Assembly (NCBI GenBank): GCA_905178155.1 | Contig: CAJINV010000003.1 | Location: 9,617,979-9,681,978 of the forward strand | DNA: 64,000 nucleotides | From: Amoebophrya sp. A120 | Taxonomy: Eukaryota; Protista; Dinoflagellata | Reading direction: 5' to 3' | Shown here: in pieces, positions 11,600 through 22,818 of the stretch | How the letters are laid out: the number at the start of each line of letters is the position of its first letter | How positions within the stretch are numbered: the stretch's first letter is position 1 | Notes under the pieces: generated by a model | Database searches by the model: none | Seen by the model: only the letters and a program-made list of their open reading frames with translations | Told to the model about the DNA's origin: nothing | Program-made: the position numbers and the translations under genes

Positions 11600-14434
11600 C
11601 ACCACCTGAACCGAGGCTCTGGTGGCGGTATAGAAACGCCACCGGGAAGCGCTGGAGAACCGAAGTTATGCCCAGCCGACTGAAAAAATCAAAATGGCCG
11701 CGGGCACTGCCCCAATAATAGTCCCGCGGGTAGTGCGATTGCCCGTCGTGCGGCTGGCACCGAAATCGCGAACCGAGGTCGCAGCCGTTCAGCATGGCAA
11801 ATCAATGGGGAAGCTATTCCGCTCGCCATGGGCGGGCAAACAATCGCACAGACGCCCAAAGCTGGAACTAGTCTACGTAATATATGCGCATGTGGTGGCC
11901 TGGAGGCACACTTTTAATTTTTTGAAAGTGCGCGCTCTTGGAGGTTGGTTTTGGACGCACAAAACCGCTAGGCTTTGTTGCTCTGGGCGCCTCGAAAGAG
12001 CGCGACTTTCGGCTCCCCTGCGTCGTTTTTGCCACCATGCGGATTGAAACGCCAACGCGACGCAGTGCAGCTTTTTCGACGCCAAACCCAAACCGGAAAG
12101 AGGCCTCGGGCTACTTTTTTTGAAAAACACTCTCCGCCGACCGCAGGCCGCCAGTCGTTTTGATCTTGACTAAAAAGAGGCCAGATTAGAACGCTCGCTG
12201 CCTCACCGCTTACCAAAGCGATGAAACCGCCTCTCTGTGTCCCGGAGCGGGCTCCAGTAGTAGTTCTCAAATACTACACGAAGTGGGGTTCCTGAAACAA
12301 GAGAAACTGATACTTTACTTACTGCTTTGCTATCACGGTGCCAGGCTTCATCAAGTATGGACGTGCCAATCGTTAGCAAGCTGCAATCTGGTACGTGGTT
12401 ACTTTACAACTACGGAAGAGTAACGAAGCAAAACCAAAAAATCACTATGGATGGGCGATTTAGTCGGCCAGGGCCGGTACGTTGCCGTTCTTGTTTGCGA
12501 CCCGACACAAGCGCACTGGCTTCCCAAATAAACGATCAGGTTTTATTTCTGTTCCGCGGTAATTTCCCACTAAAACCAGATCACTTTGCAACTTTGGCTG
12601 CGACCATATCGAGACACCGCGAATTAGATACGCCCAAGGTTATCCCAGAAATGTACGGTGTTCGTCCGTCTCCAGTTGTCTCGAAGTACGTGTTCACAAG
12701 GGGCGTTAAGAAAGTAAGCATCGGCTGGACAACTCGCTCGAAGTGAGTATTCTTCATGAAGTAATAGCTTCTCCCGATGCAGGTTCCCGAACTGGGGATT
12801 ACAGGGTTCTCGTCTTTCGGGTCGTAGTCTTCCATCCATAGAGCCGCGATCTCGTCGAACGTTTCCCACCGACGGCCTCGGATGCCGGTATTGCTTTTGC
12901 TCTCGCTTATCCAAAGAAACGAGCGCTACAGTTACGCACTGCGCGGCAAGTCGCCGACTTTCTTCCGCCTCGCAGCAAAGTCACTGCTGAGTGACGCGCA
13001 GCGCCGAGGCTGCGTGCTTCTGTGCTGGTGCTCTAGTGCAAGAAAGCTGCAGCGGATCGAGCAGAATCCCTACTGCTGGCTACGCCGTTCTGTTCCGAAC
13101 GAGCTAGCCGATTTTAGGAGGCAGCTACTTTAGCACGCAGAACCCAGCCGGAGGCGAGGGCCCGCCCGTGGTTTGCATGAAAGGCGGCCCGACGAGAAAA
13201 TCGCCCATCGGATACGAAAGAAGGGCGCCCTGCTAGGCGTAGGCGCGGCATCTTAGCATAAAAAGTGCCCGCGCGCCCTAAAAAAAGAAGGCGCTACTCG
13301 CTTGATATTTAGCGCGCCCGCGCCCCGCCCGGCTTCCGTGAGTGGCAAGCGTGCGCCGCCTCTTTATTTTCTGCGGGGCCCAAAAGAAGTCAGCGCGCCG
13401 GCCTCTCCAGGCCGCCTGCGGGCAGTTGCGGGAAAAACGCGCCGCGCCGCCCCGCGTCGCGGGGGTGCAAAATAAAGCAAAAGCCGGGGGCCACTGCTGC
13501 AAATATGACAGCAAGCATCAGGGCGCTCCTTCCTTCAAGGAAGGAGGCCTGCTATCTATCCGCGCCGCTCCCCCCCGCACACACACACGGCACGCCCTCC
13601 GGCGCAACGTTTCCGGCTGGGGGGCGCGCGGCTGCGCCTTTCGTGGGGCGGCGTACTTCGTTTCTAGCGAGGCGGGCGGGCACCGCGGGCCCCCTGCCCC
13701 CCCCCCCTCCCTTTCCCGACGGCTGACGCCCTAGAAAGGAAGCGGGCCCCGGCGGGGGGCCCGGGCCTCCCTGGGCGGCCCCATGCCCCCGGCCGCGGGC
13801 CCCCCGGGAGCCCGCCCGGGGCCCGCCAAAAAAGGCGGGCGGGCCGCGCAGCTTGAGCCGGGCGGGGTCTACAAAAATCGCGCCCGGGGGCGAGAAAAAG
13901 GGGGCCGCCATTACCGACGCCTCGCTGTCTGACGACGCACGCCGCCCAAAGAGCCCCGGCGCCCCGGGGGAGTCAGCGCCGCGCGACGGACGCCCGTGGC
14001 GCAAGGCGCCTTCCCTATTTCCGACCTTCCTCCAGGCAGAGAGACCCCCCGCCCGCGGCCGTCGACTGCGGGTTGGGAGATGGGCTGAAACCGGGCCCGG
14101 CTTCGAATCCGCCCGGCCCAACCAGCCCCTTCTTTCCCCTATTACCGGGCCGCCTCCCCCTTCTTGCCGTTTTTCCATTTTCCGTGTTCTGTGGCTCGAT
14201 CTAACTGCGCCCCACAGCTGTGCTATTGCTCCCGTACGGAGCGAGCGCGCTACGTCGCCCGCCGCTGGCTCTTAATAGCCTTCGCGTATGTATTAAGTGC
14301 GCAACCGTGGCACTCTTCTCTTTGCGTATGCCTATATAGATGAGACACACTGCCGTGGCGGGCTGCGTCCTTGCAAGTACCTTCAAGCACCGGCGCGCTG
14401 GGTTGCGGAATAATAGGAGCGCAAACCATTTTCA
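11600..14434 (-). mobile_element. Old degenerate Ty1/copia retrotransposon (INT-RT-RNase H relic), interrupted by the young element; boundaries approximate and probably continuing beyond 20995
   Basis: Minus-strand fragments occur in copia order. Integrase HHCC-like SHLYRHTQREECHGCAL at ~14300. RT-like FDEIAALW...CIGRSYYF...MLTFLTPLVNTYFETTG and NSRCLDMVAAKVAK at 12581-12860. RNase H-like GGFIALVSGE...SRSKRLAA...SAES at ~12130-12240. Confidence 0.6.
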
Positions 14435-14439
14435 CTTTC

Positions 14440-14785
14440 TGTTGGATAGATCGGAATATCAAATGACCTAGTGACGATCAGAAACACAGCGCGACGCAAA
14501 TCACGATGTAAATCTGGTCTGATGTCAAATCTCTTGGTCTTGTACAGACCGGCGATCTGAAATCCATGATCCTCCTCCTTAGCCGTAGCCATCCTGTTTG
14601 TCATGCATATTGTCCATCCTCTTGATATCTCATCACACCCCTGCAGGTTGCGACTAGTACCCCTACTAGTACGTCTATCATCAGTAAGCTCAACACCGTG
14701 CTACGTAAGCACTTAGTACTGCTAGCACTTGTTCACGTCGTGTTTACCCGCTTACTGTCTTGATCGTGCGTCTAGGTTTCTAACA
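14440..14785 (+). repeat. 5' LTR (346 bp)
   Basis: TGTTGGA...TCTAACA. Differs from the 3' LTR by 3 substitutions and one 4-bp indel. Confidence 0.97.
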
Positions 14786-14814
14786 ATCTAGTCGCACCTT
14801 TATTCAGCCAAAAT
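14786..14814 (+). promoter_or_regulatory. Putative non-canonical primer-binding site
   Basis: Directly follows the 5' LTR and lacks TGG. Its reverse complement TGGCTGAATAAAGGTGCGACTAGA resembles the D-arm to anticodon of a tRNA-Ser(AGA). Confidence 0.5.
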
Positions 14815-15022
14815 TTATTAGTTTTCTTGTTTAGAAAACTTGCGCCTGCATTACAAATTTTTACTGATTTTCTTGTGTAGAAAATTTGAAAAACAGTCAC
14901 TACATCTTGTAAGATTTACTTGTACAATTTCAGAGCTAGCATTACAAATTTGAACGTATTTGTTGAAAACGCACCCCCACAACTTTAGGAAGTTTATCTG
15001 CAAAATTTAGAAAAGAAATTAA

Positions 15023-16105
15023 ATGCCATGCAGACATTTTGGTGCTAGTTGCGTAGCTAGAGAACTTGGAAAGCATCGAGATTTGTGCATTTTAGGCGCG
15101 AAGTGTTACGGCTCCAAAGGTTGGAACGTTGAAGACCTTAGCGACCCACAATTTGCAAACTATTTCCACAATCTCGATTGGGATACAAATTGGGAATTTG
15201 TATTTAAGCGCGATTATTGTTTTCTTTTGAACACAATGGTCGACACTAACCAGGTGGAAAAGTACTCTATTCCGCCTTACGACGGAAATCCGAAGGGATG
15301 GTCGGACTGGCGGTTTAAGGTGCAAGCCTTGTTGCAGATGTTGGGGATCTTGACACTGATCGACAACTTCTTGAAAACGCCTTCTATTGACGGATGGAAG
15401 GACGACACGAGGGCCATCGGTGCGCAGTTCTTCGCTCGCTTGTGCGTGGCGTTGACTGGGGACGCGCTGGAGGTCGTGAAGAGCAAGACAGTCGCTTGCA
15501 TCAGTACGGCTTGGGGTGCGTTGTTGTTGGAATTCGATAAGCGGACCAAATTCGCTCGAATGCGGTCGCTTAAGGATTTACTAACCACCCGGAAAGACAA
15601 AGACCAAACGGTAAGGGAGTTCGTTCAGCGGAAACAAAACATCTTTCGGGATGAGCTGGGCGGTGAAGTCTTCCGCAGCGAGTTGATGACTTTCGGATGC
15701 TTCTACAACCTCGGGAACGCCTACGATTCATTTATCATGCCGCACGTCATCCAGGACAAGCCGGACAGTGATAATTTGTTGAAGTTGGCGGAGGAGTGCG
15801 AATCCGTCTTGAAAGACGGGGGCACCGAAGAGGACACCGCAAAGCCCGCTTCTCTCAACTTGACGCAGGCCGATCACAAAGCGATCGCTGCTGAAGTTGT
15901 TGCACAGAAGGGGAAGAAGGGTGGCCGCTGGGTCAACAAGAACCAGCACCCGTACAAGAACAACAACCAGAAGAACAACAAGGGCGGCGGAAAAGGAGGC
16001 AAGGGAGACCAGCAGAAGGGAAAAGGCGGCGGCGGAGACAAATCCAAGATCAAATGTCACAAGTGCAAGCAGCTTGGACATGTTCGTAAGGATTGCCCCA
16101 ACTGA
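15023..16105 (+). CDS. gag: Copia Gag (start may instead be the ATG at 15236)
   Basis: IPPYDG...WSDWRFKVQALL capsid-like N-terminus, G/K/N-rich linker and a C-terminal CCHC knuckle (CHKCKQLGHVRKDC). Confidence 0.93.
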   Translation: MPCRHFGASCVARELGKHRDLCILGAKCYGSKGWNVEDLSDPQFANYFHNLDWDTNWEFVFKRDYCFLLNTMVDTNQVEKYSIPPYDGNPKGWSDWRFKVQALLQMLGILTLIDNFLKTPSIDGWKDDTRAIGAQFFARLCVALTGDALEVVKSKTVACISTAWGALLLEFDKRTKFARMRSLKDLLTTRKDKDQTVREFVQRKQNIFRDELGGEVFRSELMTFGCFYNLGNAYDSFIMPHVIQDKPDSDNLLKLAEECESVLKDGGTEEDTAKPASLNLTQADHKAIAAEVVAQKGKKGGRWVNKNQHPYKNNNQKNNKGGGKGGKGDQQKGKGGGGDKSKIKCHKCKQLGHVRKDCPN

Positions 16106-19100
16106 CGAAGCTGGCCGGGTTCCGATGAGAGTTGTCAAATTTCTCATGCTGCTAAACGTCGAAAAACCGATGCTGATGATGTTCATGCTGTTAAAACAGG
16201 CTCTACTTCTGGTCAAAGTAGTGATGTTGCATGCATTCAAAATCTAAAGTCTCCCTCTATTTACAATGCTACAGCACTCGAAACAAAAACTGATGGTCTT
16301 GAAACAGCACCTATATCCAGTCACAGTGTACTTGAAACAGCCTCTATTTCTAACGAGAACGCATCGAAACGCATGATGAAAAACGCATCTATCCGCCCTG
16401 TTTACGAATCAACCGGCACTACTTGTAAGATTTCCAATGTAAAATTTGAAGTTGATTCCGCTCCTGTTAAGAACGTGAAAGTACCTGAAAAGAACGAAAA
16501 TTCATTACAAAAAATGCCTATTCTGCATGGGGCTTCGCGCTTGTATGATCTCAGCAATTTAAAAAGAAAAGCGAACCCGCATGAGATGGCAAAGAACAAA
16601 AATTACGAGGTGGCAGATTCCGCCCGTAAAGCAGAAGGAAACTGCATGGATTGGACTTGTTTTAACTTGTGCAAGTTTGTAGGGGAATCATGCAACGGGG
16701 TGAAAGATCAGCAAATTTTTGATTTTGCCGATACTCCTAAGGGCTTCACTGTCTTGGTGCATGGTCACCACCAGGGCAGGGACAAGAAAAACGAAAACCA
16801 GGAGGCACAAGACTGGTTTGGTGATTGGTCAAAAGAGCGGGAAAAGGGTCAAACAGATCAAAACGGCGAAAAGTCCGCCGGCGCTGTTTCGTCTTTGACA
16901 TTTGCACTTTTGTCGAAGGGAAACGGGAAAAGCGCCCATGGGATTACCATCCGCCCGGATGGTACTCAAACAACGGCAGTTGTTGATAGTGGTGCCTCGC
17001 ACCACATGACAGGGGACTTGAGCTGTTTTCAGATCGTGTTTTGGGATGATCCAGTAACGTTAACGGTTGCCGACCGAACGTTAGACACTCCCGCCTACCG
17101 TGGTTACTTCCACCATAACTCTTTAGGTTTAATGGGTGGACTATACCATCCTGACGAAAAGTTGTTTTTGGTGTCGGTAAGTCTTTTGAACGACGAAAAT
17201 GACTGCCGGGTAGTTTTTGAGGGGAGAGACGCGCTCTACCTCCAAAAGAAGAAAACAGGTTTCAAAATTCCGATGCGCCGGGACACTTTAACAAATTTGC
17301 CGCAAATAGACTTTGCGTCTCACAGCTTGAGCGAGCTGGATACGGCTGGAGATTTACAAAACGGAAAGAGCCGGGCCGCGTGGTCCGAGCCAGCATTTGT
17401 GAATCTGACTCGTGCCGATCGTCTTCGACAACATGAAAGGTTTGGGCACTTTCATATTGACGGTCTTGAATATGGACGCTGTCCGTTGTGTGACTTAGCG
17501 AAGTCGAGGCAAGAAGGGTGTAAGTCAGAACGTCCGGAGCACTGTAAGCCAAAGGCTTGGCTAGATCAAGTGGATTGGGATCATACCTACGGTTATCCTT
17601 TGGGTCTTGATGGGGAGAAATTTCTTTTGTCAGGGGTGGAGACATTCCATGGCTGGGTAGAGAATTATCCTCACCGGGAAAAGGATGAAGCGTGGAAAGG
17701 TCTGCGTGAGTGGTGTTTAGAAGTTGGAAAGCCCAAACGGGTGAGAAGCGATAACGATCCTACTTTTCGAGGCGAGAAAAGTGACTGGAGAAAGTATTGC
17801 TTGAAGCAGAGTCCTCCGATCGAGCCAACTACGTCTGCGCCGTTCACGCCGCAACGTAATGGAGTCGTGGAACGGTGGAACCAAACTTCGAAAAATGCCT
17901 TGCGGGCGAATATGATCGGGGTCGATCCTCGTCTTTGGCCATATTGTTCAAAGTATATAGCCTGGACTTGGAATCGGTTAGCCCGGAAAGAGCAAAGGAG
18001 TCCATTTGGAAAAGTTCACGATCGCGCGCCTTCGCTCAAGTATTTCAAGAAATTCGGAGTCCTTTGCTATGCTCGGAAGCACGTTACGAAATCGACGGAC
18101 TTAGGTGCGCTCGATGTTCGGTACGAACGTGGAGTATTCTTGGGGTATTCGAAGAATTCCCGTTATTTAGTGGGTGTTTGGCGTGACGACAAACGAACGA
18201 AAGTCGGGCTGAAGTTCACTGTGATCGAAAATAGATCCTGCAAGTTTGACGAATCTTGTACGATCGCCGACATTGACGATCTTCGCGAAAAGAACCGTGG
18301 AGCCTTTGCACCCTTTGCCGCACCCGACAAATTGTGTGTGTCGAACATGCCTGATCCGTTGGTGGCTCCCTCGGGAAGTCATGAGCCCGATCAGGATGCT
18401 CCGCGTGACCAGGGTGATTCGGGGCCCAATGGGGCTACTGGAGACCAGCAGGTCGAGGAAGGGGGCAAAGCAGTGGAAGGGGGCAAAGAGGAAAGTGTTG
18501 CGCAAGCAGAGGAAGAGGTAGTTATTCCCGAAGCGGAAGAGCTTGACGAACCTCCCGCCCGCCCAAAGCCCAAGGGCGTCAAGAAGAAAAGAAAGCAAAA
18601 GCCGAAGCCTGCAGTCGTTGTCAACAACAAAAAGGGTCGCCCGAAAGGTTCGAAGAACAAACCGGGAAGCAAAAAGCCAGGCCCTAAGCCAAAAGCAGCA
18701 GAAGCTGGAAACGTATTTCAGTTGCCTGATGATTTTGACTTTGGTCGAGACTTGGACGAGTACCATGCCAAGCGCATTGAGGAAGAAGGTGAAGAAGTTT
18801 TTGCTCATGTGGTGCCACTCACCAGAGCGCAGATTCTTCGAGATCCTGATGCTCCGAAGTACATAGAGGCCGACGATGTTGAACGACTCAGACTTTTAGC
18901 AAAAGAGTGCTGGACAGTAGACGAGAAACCACAAAAAGGCGACGAAGTTGCGCCGTCGTGCGTGATCTACACGAAGAAAAGATGTGGAACATACAAAGCG
19001 CGGCTGGTGGCACTGGGAAACTTACAGTCGAAAGAACTCTGTGGCGAAATTTACAGCCCTACCATTTCGCACGCAGCTAGTAGAGCCCTACTTGTTGACG

Positions 19101-20561
19101 CTGCTGCAAATGGAAAACGGATCAAATTTTTCGACATTTCAAATGCGTTCACTTGTGCGAGTTTAGGTGACGAGCGAGTTTTCGTGCGTCTTCCGAAGCA
19201 CTGGAGCACTGATCCGAGAGGTGACGCCGTGCGCCTACTGAAGTCTCTTTATGGTCTTCGAATTAGCCCGCGTCGCTGGTTCGATACCTACAGGAAGACT
19301 TTGAAGGAACTAGGTTGGAAGATGTGCGAACGGGAGCCGGGGTTGTTCCGTAAAGGCGTTCTTACGTTGAGCGTGTACGTGGATGACTGTGTCATGAGTG
19401 GTGACACGGAAGAAATTCTCGACAAAGAGATGGGGAAAATTTTGGACAAATTTCATGGAAAAGTGATCCCGCCGAAAGCGAAACCAGGTGAAAAGGGTTG
19501 CGAAGTTTACGACCTCCTGGGGGCCACTCTGGAATACAACGCATCGAAAAAGACCATGAGGATCCACATGGCAGAGGCTATTGACAGAGTTTTGAAGAAA
19601 TTCAATATGGTTGATTGTCGGGGAGTTGCTACGCCTGTACTTCCTGGAAGACAATTGCCAGAAATTCAGACTACTGAAGTTGATACTTCTGCACCGGGAA
19701 CGAAATTCCCACTGCGAAGCCTCGTGGGTAGCCTGCAGTATATCGCTTGTATGTGCAGGGTAGACATTGTCTACGCGGTGCAGCGTGTTGCAAGAGAAGT
19801 AGTAAATCCGACACCCCAAGCGGTGAAAGCAGCAAAACGGATTTTGGCCTACTTGAAAGCAACTCGAGAAATCGGCTTAGAATACTCGCCAAAAGCTGAA
19901 GAAGATTTTCGCACGGTTTACACCAAAGTGACGAAGGAGGCTAATCGGGATTGTCCTGATTTGTGTGCTTTCAGCGATAGCGACTTTGCAGGGTGTACAG
20001 TTACACTGAAGTCCACCAGCGGTAGTATCCTGTATTATCGTGGTTGTCCAGTCGCTTGGTCGTCAAAACGACAGACAGTCCGCGCTTCCAGCACGTGTGA
20101 GGCTGAGTATGTTGCGATCCATGACACGATGGATCAAAATGTGCTTAAGTCAAGGCTGGCCAGATTGGTTTATGGAAACTGAAGGGGAAACGCTTCCGCT
20201 CATTTTCACAGACAATCAAAGTGCGCTAAGTCTCAGCAAGAGCAGTACAATCACTAAGCGCTCCAAACATATTGACTTGCGTTATCACATTGTCCGCGAT
20301 CATTGTCAAGATTTGCGCTTTGTGCCGACAAAAGTAAACAAGGCCGACCCCCTGACCAAGGGCCTGCCTGGTGAAAAGTATTTGTCTCTGTTCAAGACGG
20401 ACCCAAAAGCAGAACTTCACACAGTGCGCGCGCTCCATGTGTCGACTGACCTTCGGCCCATTGTACTAGAGCCCGCTACTGTTATGATGTTGGCTGCGAA
20501 GCTAAGTAAAGCATCTGGATTGACCATCCAGATCGAAGGAAAGCCCTACGACTTTGCCTAG
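16106..20561 (+). CDS. pol: Copia Pol (protease-integrase-RT-RNase H), in frame with gag after one TGA; frameshifted in RNase H by a 4-bp insertion at ~20131
   Basis: Protease VVDSGASHHM. Integrase HERFGH..CPLC with D,D,E residues (VDWD, RSDND, GVVER). RT YKARLVALG, DISNAF, LYGLR, YVDD. RNase H SDSDFAG and EAEY, then in the shifted frame TDNQSA, KHIDLRYH, ADPLTK. Confidence 0.95.
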
Positions 20562-20628
20562 TCGTTGTGCCAAAAAGGAAGGAGGAATGAGGTATATGCT
20601 ACAGGTGAACAATGGTTACTATAGCTTC

Positions 20629-20639
20629 GGAAGGGGGAA
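20629..20639 (+). promoter_or_regulatory. Polypurine tract (PPT)
   Basis: GGAAGGGGGAA directly abutting the 3' LTR. Confidence 0.9.
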
Positions 20640-20989
20640 TGTTGGATAGATCGGAATATCAAATGACCTAGTGGCGATCAGAAACACAGCGCGACGCAAA
20701 TCACGATGTAAATCTGGTCTGATGTCAAATCTCTTGGTCTTGTACAGACCGGCGATCTGAAATCCATGATCCTCCTCCTTAGCCGTTCGTAGCCATCCTG
20801 TTTGTCATGCATATTGTCCATCCTCTTGATATCTCATCACACCCCTGCAGGTTGCGACTAGTACCCCTACTAGTACGTCTATCATCAGTAAGCCCAACAC
20901 CGTGCTACGTAAGCACTTAGTACTGCTAGCACTTGTTCACATCGTGTTTACCCGCTTACTGTCTTGATCGTGCGTCTAGGTTTCTAACA
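20640..20989 (+). repeat. 3' LTR (350 bp)
   Basis: Copy of 14440-14785, followed by the CTTTC target-site duplication. Confidence 0.97.
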
Positions 20990-22818
20990 CTTTCACAACC
21001 ATGGAGCTACTCTCCAGAAGGTACAGGCGTCCGCCCCTTCAGAGGCCTTGTCGCAGGCCTGGCTGCGGCTGCCAGTCATTGCACCGGCGACGCGGCCCAC
21101 AGTGGCAACCAAGGGTGTGCCCGAAGGGCTACGCGGTGCCAGGGCCCGGAATCTGGGCGGGCCGTCCGCGCGCGCATGTGGTGCCGGCGCCCGCCCGGCG
21201 AGTCTGCAATTGTCGGCGCGCGCCCGTCTTCCGAGGTCGCAGGAGACCAGGCAGCGCGGGGACGGGGGCGCGCCCTCCCCCCGGCCCCGCGCTGGTGCCG
21301 CCTGCCTGGTCTGGGCTTTGCGGCCCCCCGGGCTGCAACGGCCTGAAAACCCCGGCCTTTTGTTCACCACGGCACACCCGCTCCCCGATTCCTGCTTCGA
21401 CGGCTCCTGCCGCTGCGGCGGAGGGAATATCGAAAACCGAGGAGGCCCCCTGCTGGCCCCGAGGAGAATTCGCACGGGGCCCGCCCGGCGGCTGGCATCT
21501 TTGTTGCCTACGCCCCCCCCCGAGGGCCCCGGCGCCTGCCCGTTCTTTGTCATCGAAAAAAAAAGGGAGGCGCACGGAAATATAAGCGGCTCCCACTAGA
21601 CGCTGCGCGCCTTGCCATATCCCACCTGCGACCAATGCTGCGGAGCCCTTGGGGGCGCTGGCTATTGCCAAGGCGCCGCGCTGTCGCTTCTCACACAAAG
21701 CGGGCACCGCTCTTGCAGGGAAGAGGGCGGAATCGGCAGGCGGGGCCTCCGCGCTGTGGGCAGTGGCAGGCATATGCATCGTTAGGCCCGGCGGCCGCAT
21801 TTCATTCGGTAAGTAGGCCCCGGCGCGGCCTCCCCGTAGGTATCGCGAAAATAACTGCGGCGCGGGGCAACGGGGGGCAGCAAGGAAAAACGCCGCAACT
21901 TCGCGTCGCCACACTCCCGGGCGGCTGCCCGAAGCCTGAAAAGCATCCATTCCTTCGCCCGGCGCTTTGGTGGACTGGGCAGCCGGGCGGAACAAGCGGC
22001 ACCTATTCACGAATGCAGAAAAAGATGGGCGCCCGGCGGCGCCGGGCCCTGCGGGTTGCAGAGCTGCGGGCCCCGGGGGCGGGTTCCCGGCGTTGCAGGC
22101 CGCATGAACGCCGCCGGCCCGCCCGGGATTCAACCAGCTTCGCGCGTCTTGTCTTTTTGTTCTAGTGGCGCAGGGCCTTGAAAGCGCCACCTGGACACGT
22201 CTATCGGTCGGTCGGAGCCCAAAGGCACGGCGCTAGAGCCCCGCGGTCGGCGATTCCTGAAGGTGCGCGCCCGCCCGGGGGGGCCGCGCCCGCCCGCCCC
22301 TGGCCCCCCCCGGCCCCGGGCTTTCGCCTTCCTAGCCAGGGAAACGGCCCCCCAAGCGCGCGCGGGCGGGCGGCATTCGGGCCGGGCGGAAGGAGATAGC
22401 GAGGCGCCGCGCGCGCGACCACGTGGGGCGCGGGGGCGTTCCGCTTGGCCCTTCTTGCATTTCTAAGCCCCCGCGCCACGGGCCCAGTGAAAGGCTTTCA
22501 TGCGGAAAACGCCCGGGCGGTTTGCCTTTCTAAAACTTCTAACTTTTCCGGTTTTGAAAAAAACAGCCCTACCCATTTTCCCCATCCGCAAATCGGGTGG
22601 GAATCAAATCAAAAAAAGGCGCCCACACTACCCAGGAAGAAATAGGAGGAGAGAGAGACGCCGGCCCGGCGACGCAGACAACCCGATGACAGGAGACTTA
22701 CGACGAGGCGACGGGGCGCGACAAGAAATCAAGACAACCACTCCCAAACCAGAAACCCGACATGACGATCGCGACACGCCCTGCCAGCGCGGCGATCGCA
22801 ACAAACTTCGAAAACCCG

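Larger units (their letters stand above)
14440..20989 (+). mobile_element. Full-length young Ty1/copia LTR retrotransposon
   Basis: Near-identical TG...CA LTRs and a 5-bp target-site duplication CTTTC (14435-14439 and 20990-20994). Domain order is gag-PR-INT-RT-RH, with a PPT before the 3' LTR. Confidence 0.98.

Noticed and set aside
20040-20561. Separate ORF3/env or programmed frameshift at the end of pol
   Set aside because: It is the RNase H C-terminus displaced by a 4-bp insertion, with no slippery site.
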